Source of the DNA: Bugula neritina
Lineage: Eukaryota; Animalia; Bryozoa
Assembly: GCA_964035545.1 (NCBI GenBank)
Contig: OZ037766.1
Location: 32,478,773-32,542,772, forward strand
DNA: 64,000 nucleotides
Direction of reading: 5' to 3'
Position numbers and translations under genes: made by a program. Below the pieces are notes generated by a model. That model was not told the DNA's origin. It ran no database searches and was given only the letters and a program-made list of their open reading frames with translations. Below, one piece after another: positions 15,101 through 27,372 of this stretch (positions within the stretch are counted from its first letter, which is position 1; the number at the start of each line of letters is the position of its first letter).

Positions 15101-16279
15101 ATATTATATAGTTAATGACTTTAAATAGATTCATTGTATTGCTCTTAAAAAGTTTAAATTTATTTGTTCTTTGATAAAATTATACAGAAAAAGAAACACT
15201 GAATTGGGAGTATTAAAAGAAAAACTAAATAGTATTACATAGATTTTGTCTCTTGGCGTGAAAATAGTAAAGTAACGCATATTAAAATGGTATTTCAAAA
15301 TATTGACTTATATAGCTACTAATAACCATACTATTTACAAATATTGTTTTTCACCTAAAAAAATCCTACAAATGTTTATAGGATTATATACTATATATTA
15401 AATAAAATTTGTATTTATGTTCCTGCATAATATTATATTCATATATTGAAATATTGGAAATTTAATTTCAAAGTATAGTTTTCATATGTTTCTTATACTT
15501 TTTACCTGTAAAGATGTTAAAGGTGTACATTTAAAATAGGTTTGAAGATTGGAAATTACTGTACGGCACAGAATCTGGAGTAGTGAGTCACAGCGTGCCA
15601 ACTGAGTGGGTGAAACCTGTAGAGTCTCCAGAACTTCCGGATATCACAGGGGATTCTTGTTTCAGGTTGGATGAGGAGGGAAACCAGGTACTAAGATGTC
15701 TCTTCAACCTGAAAGGTGAATCTAAACTCAGTTAATTAATCTTTTAACTGCAAAAGTTAGATAACCTTTTGATTGATGTCATAGCATATATGTATGTGGT
15801 ATTTAATAGCATATGATATTTATATTAGTAATTCAGATTTAAAATAAACTCACAAATCATAATTATGTTGCACTTATTTTTATATCTCGCAAAGGTTTTT
15901 AAACAACAATAATTTATAGAATTCAAAAACGCATTGCCAATTTCAATTTTCATTGGAAAATAAATTATTTTTATCGCAATTTGCGTGTTCAAAGTAGCAT
16001 TGTGTTTGCTTCATTAAAATTTGCCTTAAATTTTTTGTAGACGATCCATATGAACAGAGAAATCTGTATGACCTTCACCCTGAGGTCGTGAGTAAGATGA
16101 TCAAGATGATAGACAGAGAAAAGAGGAAAAGAGTGCAGAACATTTTCAAAGTAACTTTAGGAGCAAATAATGTGACTACGCACACACATGTCGGCCATCT
16201 TGTTCCGAGGAGTGACTACTGCAATCCCCTGACCGACTTCCCTTTACAGCCCGCTCACGCTTCCTGCAATGCGACTTAA
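9182..16279 (+). CDS. ARSB: Arylsulfatase, ARSB/ARSI/ARSJ-like (S1 formylglycine-dependent sulfatase) with signal peptide, 13 coding exons
   Basis: Phase-consistent GT-AG exons: 9182-9278, 10053-10164, 10688-10739, 11473-11576, 11699-11799, 11919-11989, 12466-12570, 13013-13091, 13210-13307, 13947-14181, 14848-15003, 15540-15715, 16041-16279. Motifs: PNIIFIMADDLGWNDVGFH, CSPSRSALMTGKY (CxPxR), GYATKYVGKWHLG, APHTPL, FTSDNGG, NYPLRSGKGSMLEGG, LFNLKDDPYEQRNL. The symbol is family-level; orthology is not established. Confidence 0.92.
12050..12415. repeat. Intronic ~18-bp minisatellite (ACTGTTGATATGAATA-type)
   Basis: Direct tandem units in sulfatase intron 6; explains ORFs 12015..12456. Confidence 0.93.
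14309..14475. mobile_element. Small foldback/MITE-like element in a sulfatase intron
   Basis: Inverted arms AGCAGCTCCGAGTTGGTGGTGAATGAGTGCAGT ... ACTGCACTCATTCACCACCAACTTAGAGCTACT around a ~75-bp spacer. Confidence 0.6.
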
Positions 16280-17618
16280 TTTGATCTAAACACCATCTTC
16301 ACCCGCCATACCATACTTTTACCTTGTAAAATCATGGGATCGTCATACAGCTATAGTTGATAATCTTTACCTTTTCTTGTTATATTATTTCTGTGATACT
16401 TTTTTTTATTCAACATCTTTTTAAGATTTAGATATGACAAAACTACTGCTTGACAATGAAAATATTTATATGTCCAAATAAGATTATTGCTAAAATTACA
16501 TTGTATATAGACATTATATAGCTAAAAATGTAAATACATGTTTATTAGCAACTATATTCTTATATAGATATTATTATACTCATCATTTTAGAATAAACAG
16601 TAAATATCAAAAAGCTTATAGGTGGCTATTGTGATGATATTGCTATGCATTTCACTGTCACTGGTATATAGTGTGTGTTGAACTGTATATTCTGATACAT
16701 ATATTGTTTGGCTGTTTATGACGCAAACTAACAAAAGTTAAATTTAAAATAAAACAAATATTCTTTACAAAGAGCTTGTTGCAATGTTTCCTATGAATCG
16801 GCTCTAGTCTTATTATTATGAGTTGCATATGACTGAGCAGATGTACTACATACTACTGTACTAACAAAGTAGGCCCAAGTTGGCCTCAATACAGTTGAGA
16901 GAGTAGCTTTCTGTTAATCTAAACATGAAAGTATAAATAGATGGAGGTGCAGTTTACTGACTAATGATTTCTCTACTTTAACAGACAGGAAATATCAGTT
17001 TAGTAAAGTTTAGTTAATAAAGGATAGGTGTGGGATAGGATTGTATGAGAAGGAAGTTGGACTCAAACCAAATTTTAAACTGAAAAGCTCACTAAAGCTA
17101 ATTGCAAATCTCAGTTTGGGATAGCATTTCAGTAAATTATAGTACAAAGTTATTACATTATATTCACGAACACCTATAGAACTGTTTGACAGCAAACAAG
17201 TAGATCAAATGCATCATGGTGAAGATGTTGGCTGCCTAAAGGTCATAGCTGAAACATACGTCAAATTTTCTAAGACATGTCATAGTATGAGTATGATATA
17301 GCAGGTAACGATAGTAGTTTTCGGTGTGTTTCCTGGTCTATATAGCTGCAGTCAATGGCAATGCCCGAACGCAACTGTATCTGCTTAGAGATTTAAATGA
17401 TAAACTTTGTTATATGTTTTGTGGTAGTCTATGTAAGCAATATGAAAACAGGTGTAAGTTACACTTTCAACAGGTGGGATAGTGAGAAAGGTAGCTAAAA
17501 CATCTGAGGGCAGTCGCTGACTAGGAAGTTCCTGGTAGGCAGGATACCTGGATTCACATAGTTCACATTACTTCTCTATCATTATCTGTAGATTGTGTTA
17601 GGTGTGTAGACGCATGGT

Positions 17619-17785
17619 GTTAGCTCAGCATGGTGGGTATACTACCTAAGTTAGCTCAGCATGGTGGGTGTATTACCTAAGTTAGCTTAGCATGGTGGGT
17701 GTATTACCTAGGATAGCTCAGCATGGTGGGAATACTACCTAAGTTAGCTCAGCATGGTGGGTGTATTACCTAAGTTAGCTCAGCA
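17619..17785. repeat. 31-bp tandem repeat, ~5 copies (TAGCTCAGCATGGTGGGTGTATTACCTAAGT)
   Basis: Direct; upstream of NTase-TPR copy 1. Confidence 0.9.
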
Positions 17786-18190
17786 TTATTTATATATAAA
17801 ACTATAGTTTATGATGTTGGTTTTAAATATGGAAGTATCACCATAATTACTATGTTTATATCTCTATTTCCAGTTGTCTGCATAGTATATTTCACTCAGA
17901 GTCCTGTATTTTACTGTTGAGCTTATGTGTTATTGTACTATATATATAATGTGTGTGTTATATGTGCGTGTATGCATGTATATATAGGATTAGCGCATAG
18001 CAGATCTGTTTAGTATTATATATATAGGATAGTATATGTTTATAGTACCATGTACATATAGTCTGCAACAAGTTATCATTACTCCATGTATTTTTAGATG
18101 CATTGTACTCTCTACAGAGTTGAATTTGGTAGAGTTGTAAAGTGTTACTATATCCCACACCTTTTCTAACAACACCTGCTTTCCACACAC

Positions 18191-21100
18191 ATGGATGACT
18201 TGGTGGTGAGTGAGCCGTAACCTAAATATTGGTTGTGAATACCAACCAGCATAAATAGTATCCTTATAGTTTTTGGTTTTAATGTGTGGAAGTTTCAAAC
18301 ACTGAAGACTTGGCACAATAAACTAAATCAACATGTCTTGAAATTATTTGAGACTAAGTTAACTGACTATTACTGTACTGAAACTAGCCTTGTTATATTT
18401 TCAAAAAAGTTGACTAATCTGTTCACAGATAACTCCAGAAGAGCTGAAAGCGTTTAAAAAAGCTTACTGTGGTGCACATGGTGGGAAATACAACCTGGAG
18501 GTGTCTGTACCTTACCTAGAGAAGTTAGCCAATGGGTACCTGGAGAAATACAAAACATCTGATAATTGGACAGATATCCTCAAGGTACATTATTATGCAT
18601 TTATATTTCAGATATTTAAATGTGATCTTTTAGTCCTTGTTACGAAAACAATTAAAAAACATTCACAGTGTTTGTAATTTTAGGGGAGGGTGGGGGATGT
18701 GCACAGTTCTGGCCATATAATTCACGTCTTTGACGATTGATAAAGCTGTAGTCATATTGGCTAAACTAGCAGACAAATAGGATAGCTGTCTGCACTTCTT
18801 TAGCTCTTTGCAGAGCAGGTGGTTTGAATATGTCATCTTTTTATTTCTTGTAAATGATGCAAAAATCAGCAATCATGAATGAAAACAGCTACAGCTAGAT
18901 TCCTATAATAATCATAATTGTATTCATTTCTTACAATTTCTCACTTAACAAAGTTTAATTTCCAATGTCATGCATATTTTTCAAGTTTAATGCGTTTTTA
19001 GCCGCTAAACTAGTAGAATTAAAGTAACAATAAAAGTAACGTGAAGTGAGAATAAACAGCAGAAGAGCCAACATATAGGCTAAACTAGAGATGGCCATGT
19101 TTGCCTATATTGCGTTTTGGCAACTGGTAATGTCTATTTATTAGGTAGTTGTGTTCTCTTGTGAATGGGTTGCTATGGATAAAACTATGCACACATTATG
19201 CTATCAATAAAAACATAGTGTATGCTAAATAATAGCTGACATTATATTGAATATTATAGGAGATGAAATAAATTAAAATATATTAAATTTATATTACCTA
19301 CAGAGTAGTATAATGCTCTAAAGAGTAAGCAGGCTAGCGTTAGTATAACTATTGAAAGTTTCAGTGTATCTACAGAGAAGTACTCTTGCTATATGTAAAT
19401 TGTTAACTAATAACTTAAGTGCAAGCTAGAATGGTTCTATAGACAGCTCAGAGTTTGTGGTTCCAGAGTTTGGAGTTGGGGGTTTGTCTTGTCTACATAT
19501 ATAGCTTGCGCTCTGATATGTTTTAGGCACATGCTCTATGCAATTCTGTAGCTACCAGAAAGGCATCTGAAGTAGACTTGTGGAGAAAGAGGGCCTTTGA
19601 AGCACAATGTACTTATTGGAAGGATGATAGGGTTTGGAGTTATGAAGCACAATGTGCTATTATTTCAGAACTCTCCACCAATTTAGAAAGCATAAGAGAA
19701 CAAACTCGACTTAAAATTAAACAAGTTGACCAGCTTGTACAGATGCAGGATAAAAATCAGATTACAAAAGCAGAATTTATAAAAGCATTTGCAGAGCGAG
19801 TGGAGCATTGTTCACTTGACTGCACTGAAGAAATGGGGGCTTTTGCATGCAAGGTTTTTGAGTACAGCGTTGCTAGCTTGGCTGTCCAACCTCCATGCCA
19901 ATTCTGCGTAGTGGCAATAGGCTCTCTGGCTAAAGGAGAAGCAACACCTTATTCCGATATTGAGTATTTGTTTTTGATAGAAAAGGAGGGTCCCGGGGTA
20001 ATGCAGTATTTTGAAAAGTTAGCAATTTCTAGCTATTTTATAATTGGCAGCTTAGCGGAAACCCCTCTTGGATATCTATCAATTGCTGAACTAAGGGGCT
20101 GGTTTGAAGATACACAAATAAGTGGTTTTAAAATAGATGGTTTGAAAAATGGAGCAGGTAATATTCCAACAGGAAATGGCTCTACCACCAACAAAAATCA
20201 CTTTATTGTAACGCCAGAAAAGCTCATAGTAAGGTACAGGCACACACTAAATAACCCTGAAAGGGAGGCTCTCAGAGGTGATCTTACAGCTAAGTTGCAG
20301 TTTACAAAACTTGTTTATTCTCAAGGAGAAGAGGCTGAAGATTTGTTAAACAAGTTCTTGGAAGAGAAAGATTTAATGCAGGCAAATGACAAAAGGCAAG
20401 AATCAAACAGAGAAATGTTTGTTGAAGATGCCAAAAAATATGGGTTTCAACCAACAGAAGAGTTGATTAACAATGGCTTCTCTATTAACACAAAAAAGGA
20501 GCTGTATAGATATCCGTCTATTTTACTGTTCAATCTTGCAATAATATTCGCCTGTACGTATCAAAATTCTTGGAGAACTTTGGAGAAGCTTTCCCAGCAA
20601 AGGAAAATTTCAGATTCCGTGTATCAATCTGTTCAGTTTTTACTAGCATGCGCCTGTTACCTCCGGCTTTCAACATATCTGTTTTATAATTCAGCTGATG
20701 ATCGCCTGTCAGTTTTGCCAAAGCTCTTTTTTCAGTCTCAGGCACAAGAAGAGAACTCAGGAAAACGCTGGTTTCTTGTGCAAAGTTTGTTCAATCTCCA
20801 CTCTGACTTTTCCGTCCCTCTCAAAAAACACATTCGTTGTTGCCAATTTGAAGAAATCACTTCAGCACTAAAGAAAGAAATTCCAAAATCCAACTGGCTG
20901 GTAAAGTTTCAAACATACCATTGCTGCAATCGCTGGTCTAAAAGTCAAGATCATTTTGAAAAATATGTTAGCAAAAAATCACTTTTAACAAACCCTGAAC
21001 AGATTATCTATGAAATCCAGTGTGAGGTTTTAAGCAACTTTAGAGAGCTCTGGAATTCTGTCAAAGCTCTAACTTATTCATTGTGTCAAGAGAGAAAAGA

Positions 21101-22391
21101 GAAAGAAGCTCTTGAATATCATTTTGCAATCCAGCACATGATAGAGTCTGACAGATGTTCAGGAATCAGCTATAGAGAGCAGCAGCTGATTATGGCTGAC
21201 TCAAAAGCCGAGGCAGCGGACTGTTATTATGGTCTGCTGAATTACATCAAAGCACTTGAAGAATTTTGTTTTTCACTAGAAATTAGAAAACTGCATTTAG
21301 AACCTGATGATGAGCTGTTGGCTAAAACACATTTCTGCATTGGCAGAGTTTACAACATGATGTACAAATATCAAAAAGCACTTGCACATCTTTTCAAAGC
21401 CCTAGAAATTTGCCACATCCGGACATCAAAGGAAATAGAATACAATTATTACGGAGAGATAGTATACTCAGATGAAGACGTAGAACCATTGGTAGATCTC
21501 CTGAAAGAGAATCCAGAAGGCAGACTCAAGTATCTCAACAACCCTTCCATTATTCTTGCACATGTCTTGTGGACCATCGGACTCAACTACCTCTACACCA
21601 AGTACTATCAGTTTGCTTTCTTGTATTTTGAGAGAAGTAAAGAGATGCTGTACGAGAAATATGGAAGTGAGGCGTGTCACCGAGATATTTCCTACATCTT
21701 TTATGAACTTGCCAGTATAAGCACAATGCTAGGACGTCATGAAGATGCTGCCGTGTACTTCAACAAAGGCTTACTTATGCTGATACAATTATATGGACAG
21801 AAGAACAAGTTCAAAGCTGCTATATTAAAATATCTTGCTACAAGGAAACCTGCTTTTTATCACAGATTGATGGGCAACTTGCTGTTTAGTTTGCCTCGTT
21901 TTAAAGTTCCACATGCACAGTCTGCTGTTGTCGTTGCCCGATATGGTTTGCACCTTCTACATACTAGAGAACACAAGTTAGCGCAGATAGCTTTAAAACT
22001 AGCTCTTGAAATTTTTGAAAGAGCCGTGGCAGAAAATAAGGACTATTTGTACAAATATAAATCTAATGCAGTATCTTATCTAGCTCTCAATTACTGGAAA
22101 CAAGGGAAGTTTAAAAGCGCAGAAACATTATATCAAGAATCATTAGACCTTCTCTCAAAATGTAATAGAGCTTTGGATTTTCCTCAGTCTTTGGGCTTAG
22201 AGCAAGGAGAAATATTGCAAAATATTGGTATAATGTACCAATCATCCCGACAGTATGCAACAGCTCTCAGTTTATTTCGTGAGTCGAAACACTGCTTTAC
22301 GCGCAGCATTGATGATTCTAATCACCCAAAACTTTCTGAAGTTGAAGGTCAAATTGAAGCTGCAATATCATTGCTAGAATCTATACAATAA
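18191..22391 (+). CDS. Nucleotidyltransferase (GlnD/DUF294-like)-TPR protein, copy 1, ~1011 aa
   Basis: In-frame GT-AG exons 18191-18205 (MDDLV), 18429-18584 and 19527-22391; the same structure recurs in the paralogs. Pol-beta NTase motif VVAIGSLAKGEATPYSDIEYLFL, then GFKIDG, then a helical domain (KKELYRYP...LRLSTYL), then TPR-like repeats (e.g. LAKTHFCIGRVYNMMYKYQKALAHLFKALEI; ILQNIGIMYQSSRQYATALSLFRES). Confidence 0.9.
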
Positions 22392-23244
22392 AGTCATGTA
22401 GTGCAGAATGCATGACATTGACCTGTAAACCAGAGGCTATAGAAATATTCCTCAGTTGGCATTAATTAGCTGCTGCATATATTCTATTGCATTAAACTCT
22501 GTTTTATTATTATACTTGGCAATTATTACTGAACAAGCTGGCAAAAGTGTTAATCTTTAATGGCATGTTATACCATTTTTAACTTGTATTACATGTTATA
22601 TATAACATCTTTATGCAAAACATCTTTCTTTTGAAACTATGCATCATGCATTTTTAAATATCCTATTTGTACGCTAGCTTTACATTACTATCACATGGCT
22701 TGAATAGTTTATTGTCAAAAGCAGTTTAATAAACATGATTAATTTTAATTTCAATTAAAGTTATGTTTTTTAAACACTCATATAATTATACGAACTTATT
22801 CTGCAACAGTCATAATTCAATCGCAATGCCCGGTCTTTAAAATTTTTTAATCAACAATTGTTAAGACACAAACTTAAAGCTTCAATCTAGTTTTTTATGT
22901 TTAAAATAATACTTATATAATGCATTTCTTATTACACCCGCATTACTATATAATAATACAGTATTTGAAATAATATATTCCACCGTATGAAATTGTGGTA
23001 ATTAATGCACTATTATAATAAACCCAACAGGAAATTTTAAAATGCGGAATTGCTAAAAAGACATCAAGACTTGTTGAGAGTAAGGTAGAAGCTAGTGCTC
23101 AGTTTTTTGGGAATACCATGTATAAACACAAATTAAATGGCTGCCAAATGACCAGTGTTCTAGCCTTTTTTGGTACTAGTCTTTCAGCTCTGTGTTGACA
23201 TGCAGTAGGCCTGGTACTTTTTGCTTTTGGTTATAACTCTCGTA

Positions 23245-23696
23245 ATTCTGCAGTATGGCTTGCATCTAGTTCATACCAGAAAGAACATTTGGCAAAGTTT
23301 TTTCTAAATAAAGCAGTAGAAATGTTTAAAAACACAGCATCAAAAAATAAAGAATACATAGATGGATATATTTCCAATGCTTTGGCCAAACTAGCATTAA
23401 ATCATTGGAAACAAGGAAATGTGAGCCATGCTAAACAGACCTATAGTGAATCGCTCTCTCTGCTGGCTGAGTTAGAGAAAGTTTCACCAGAAGTAGCGAC
23501 ACTAGAAAAAGGAGAAATATTACAATCTATGGGCAGCATGTATGACTCACTTTGGCAGCATGAGAAAGCTTTCATTCACTTTTAAAAGGCAAAAGAAAAT
23601 TTTCTGTTTGCTTGTGATGTATTAGATCATCCAAAAGTTTGTGAAACTGAGCTCCAAATTAAATCTGTTCAAAAAAAGCTAGACACTGAGCTAGTC
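23245..23696 (+). pseudogene. Orphan C-terminal TPR fragment of an NTase-TPR gene (copy-3/4 type)
   Basis: Matches copy 3 from ILQYGLHLVHT to LDTELV. In-frame TAA at 23583-23585 (CTA in copies 3/4); the normal stop is lost; no upstream NTase part. Confidence 0.85.
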
Positions 23697-24392
23697 TGTA
23701 TCTACTGTTACGTTGTAGTTTTCACTTTCTGCTACACTCTGTGAGTGACACTATAAACTAAAATTAGATTTTCTTACAACATGATAAACCATTGCTTTAG
23801 TTTTATATTTTAACGCCAATATTATATATAGTCTGTTTTCATCAACACATATTTTTGTATTTAAAAGTAATGTTGATTATTTACCACTGTGACCTACTGG
23901 CTGACTTTTGTCAGAATAACATTATACATGATACACTTTATGCAGCTTATGATAAGAAAAATGTTTAAATAAGTATTAAACAGGTTTTCATCCTTGTATT
24001 TTGCTTTATGCATCTATAGGTCATTGTTTCTCTTTTATGAATTTTAGAAATTCAACCAAATAACTTTGCATCCCATCTGGCAATGGAAGTAACTCCTTTA
24101 AATAATAACTTAGTTTAAACTATTTCTGCATGAAGAATATACCAGAACTACATAGATAGATTAGCTGAAACTATATGTAGAAGTAAAACACAATACAACT
24201 CAAACAAACAGCAAGGAAATTACTTTAATTAATTGCTAAAAAGATGCATTGATCAACTGAGTTAGGACAACAGGTTTTCCTGCTGTTATATGCAAAGACT
24301 CTTATAATAAAATATGAGATCTATAGATCTCATATTTTATTATAACCAGTATCACTATATAATAATATGTTTTCTCCACATGCACGCACTTG

Positions 24393-24437
24393 TTTATTTA
24401 TTTATTTATTTATTTATTCATTTATTCATTTATTCAT

Positions 24438-24476
<39 letters not shown>

Positions 24477-24481
24477 TATAT

Positions 24482-24532
<51 letters not shown>

Positions 24533-24563
24533 TTCATTTATTCATTTATCTATTTATTTATTT
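24393..24563. repeat. (ATTT)n microsatellite
   Basis: Direct; explains ORFs 24314..24626. Confidence 0.97.
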
Positions 24564-25044
24564 ATAATATTGGCAGTGAACTGTTATAGTTGTTATAGTA
24601 AATTCATAAAATATAATTCACTGTAATTCAGCCTCCTTATTTTCACATATTATTACATCACACTCTACTAGCTCAGGAATGGCGCTGTTTTAAGAAACTA
24701 AACAATAAACTTAAAACAGCATATATTTAATGGAGAATTCGGTTGAAGTTCATATCAGTGTCACACATTGTGTAGAGCCCATATATGTAAAAACTGTAAT
24801 TGACTGGATATAAATTCATCCTCACTCTATAACACTGAAGATAATAAATTTGAATATTCAAGTTTCATGAGACAAAATCTTGAATAGGTGCATATTTTAC
24901 AAAGAATTATTTTTATAAAAAGCTTTCTTTGGGTTCTCAACCTATTATATATACTATATTTGATTCATTTTCTCTTAAGAAACATAACGAAAATTAATTT
25001 TCAACCACACTCAATATTTGCAGAACTTGCTTGTTATAAGTAAT

Positions 25045-25112
25045 GTTGCCCACTGGAATTCAAATCCAAGACCTCTAGCACGCAAGTGCAGGCAGTTAAT
25101 CATTACACTACA
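25045..25112 (-). mobile_element. tRNA-derived SINE head remnant; a similar remnant lies at ~41055-41110 (+)
   Basis: Minus strand TGTAGTGTAATGATTAACTGCCTGCACTTGCGTGCTAGAGGTCTTGGATTTGAATTCCAG resembles degenerate A/B boxes. It lies in a block absent from the paralogous segment at ~54700. Confidence 0.35.
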
Positions 25113-26078
25113 GGAATCACTTGGTGATATCAACACTACATTGCTCACACTTGCATTTTTGCGTTGTGCCAATATTAGATTTAATTTCACAATAAAACAA
25201 TTATGATGTTAAAATCAGCTGAGTATATCAAATTTTTGAAACACTGCAGTACCTTATCCTTACTTCAAGAGTTTTCAATTTTGAAAGCTTTAGAATTATT
25301 CTTAGCCTATAATATTTTTTTTATTTTTATGTCATAGAAATGTTTCAAAACCTAATTCAACTCATTTTTTATTTAAATGATATAAGCTTTCAATTATCCT
25401 TCGGGCTTTGATTTTAAACAATGCAGATACCTAATTGTCATACCCATACATAGTGTTTCCCTATATTTTAACTACCAAATATAGTCAAGTTTCTGGAATT
25501 AAAGTCAGTAATTTACAATCCAATCATTTTTATATTATATAAACCTTTCTGCATGGGTAAACATTTAAAGAATTTTATTTTATTCAACGAAAATGTGCAG
25601 ATAGTTATTATGATGAACAAGTGATCAGGTTTAGCTTGCTTACAAATGATGACAGGGAGAAAAACTATCTATATAATTATTTATTAGAATGGTTTGCATA
25701 ATCATATGATTAATAACAATTTATCCTTGGGTGGTAATTGCAATGTACGATTAAAATAGGTTTCAAGGAGCTACGAAAAATTATCATGATATTTTAAAAA
25801 CATAAGCTAAGTTACGATTTATAGAATACTTCTATATATACAGTCTATTAAAAAAATGTGATAATTTCAAAGCATAATGGTTTCAGGTTTTAGCAGCAAA
25901 AATCTAATAAAAATTAGTTTTTTAAATTTAAAAAATACCAAATTATCAACATAAACTAATTAGAAGTAATTTGCCCCTGTCAAACATATAATTGCTTATG
26001 GCTTATAGCCGTAGACTTGGAGGTTTAAGAACACCAACTAACTCCTTTCTCTTGACAGAATTTTGATATATTTCCTGG

Positions 26079-26446
26079 TTATTTTCCCAGAAATTTGGAG
26101 CTTGTACTTAAATTCACAACGTACCTGTAACTGGACAAACACTTGCAGTTGTGTAGTTGGTTAGACTGAGCTCTTTCACACGGCTCTTTACACGAGTCCT
26201 TGTCAATACAGCATGCATGTTTGACAGAGACTTCTACTTCTGCTAAACAAAGAAGTTGGGCAGGGTCGACATCAAGCATGCTGACTTTGACAAATCGTCC
26301 AATCATAGAGCTGGTACATGTGAATACTTCTGGTCTATTCTCCCCAGCAGCAGGAGCACCATCTCTGTAGACACACAGTGAGTCATCATCATCTATAACT
26401 GACTCCAACTTGGCCACCGTTATCTTTATATTCTGCATCTGGTTTA
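26079..26446 (-). pseudogene. Isolated copy of the terminal exon of the lectin-repeat gene (domain half plus Cys-rich tail, frameshifted)
   Basis: Near-identical to 53842-54210, with an AG acceptor at 26447-26448. An insertion after SSYR shifts the frame and removes the final CxC. No upstream lectin exons are present. Confidence 0.8.
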
Positions 26447-26456
26447 CTAGGAAAAC

Positions 26457-26665
26457 AATGCAATGCAATGCAATGCAATGCAACGCGATGCAAGGCGAGG
26501 CGAGGCGAGACGAGGCGAGGCGAGACGAGGCGAGGCGAGACGAGGCGAGGCAAGGCAAGGCAAAGCAAGGCAAGGCAAGTCGAGGCGAGGCAATACAATT
26601 ATACAATACATTACAATACAATACAATACAATAAAATACCATATAATACAATAACATACAACACA
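26457..26665. repeat. Compound pentamer microsatellite (AATGC)n-(GAGGC/GAGAC)n-(AAGGC)n-(AATAC)n
   Basis: Direct; explains the RRGE/RRDE ORFs 26389..26710. Confidence 0.92.
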
Positions 26666-27372
26666 ATATATAATATTATTATGCTATACTTGCATGAATA
26701 CAATATGTAGATCCATGGAGTTGTATGAAAGAAATATTCGGATTTTAACAGTTTTAGTTAAGAAAATTAGTGGCATTAGCAACATGTGTATATATGGCCT
26801 ACCAGATGTTTATACTACACAAGAATAATATGGAATTATTATTATCAGCAGAGATAAGTATAAGTTACCATAATTAATATAAAAACCAAAATTATTTTAC
26901 TATTACAAATGTACTTCTTAGAGCTTTGCTGAGCAAACCTATACTGTGCTAATCAGAATGCATATGCATATATAACAGTTTTTTACTCATCTTAAGCATG
27001 AAAATGGCCACTGAAAAGTGGGCAAAGGCCATAAGTGTCTACCCCTGCTATATAAGAGCATAAACTCTGCATACTAGTTGAACGCAATGCTTCTGATTGA
27101 CTGACCGACTACTAAACGCATTATAGCCATTACACATATTATTAGAACATATACGGTATACCACCAACTCTAAAATATAATGCTGGGGAAGCTCTCAGTA
27201 ATTATCACTGGATGAACTAAATGAGGAATTATCAGCTCTTACTGAGGGAAATTTATTCATAGTTAAATGCAGTTAAAGTGCTAAGTTTAGAACTATTTAT
27301 AGTGTCCATGTCACTTAAAGTATGTGTGCATCCTGCATTATGTCTTTCTGCTAATCAAATACAGTACATCTT

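Noticed and set aside
17619-17785. CRISPR-like appearance of the 31-bp array and of the 23-bp array at 61067-61258
   Set aside because: Units abut with no unique spacers, there are no cas genes, and the context is eukaryotic.
20660-20700. Active HEPN RNase in the helical domain after the NTase (MNT-HEPN-like toxin)
   Set aside because: The candidate motif reads RLSTYL(F/L)Y with no His of Rx4-6H in any copy; more likely a non-catalytic partner domain.
21468-21680. Conserved antisense ORF in all three paralogs (also 31900..32127 and 56393..56620)
   Set aside because: By-product of the near-identical conversion tract on the coding strand.
19578-22391. Calling these proteins cGAS/Mab21, OAS or NLR
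   Set aside because: Motif context fits GlnD/DUF294-type NTases; no P-loop NACHT/NB-ARC motif or Mab21 features were seen.
24314-24626. Hydrophobic FIYL-repeat ORFs
   Set aside because: (ATTT)n microsatellite.
26389-26710. Arg-rich RRGE/RRDE ORFs and the N-terminal half of ORF 26079..26666
   Set aside because: Pentamer microsatellite upstream of a splice acceptor.
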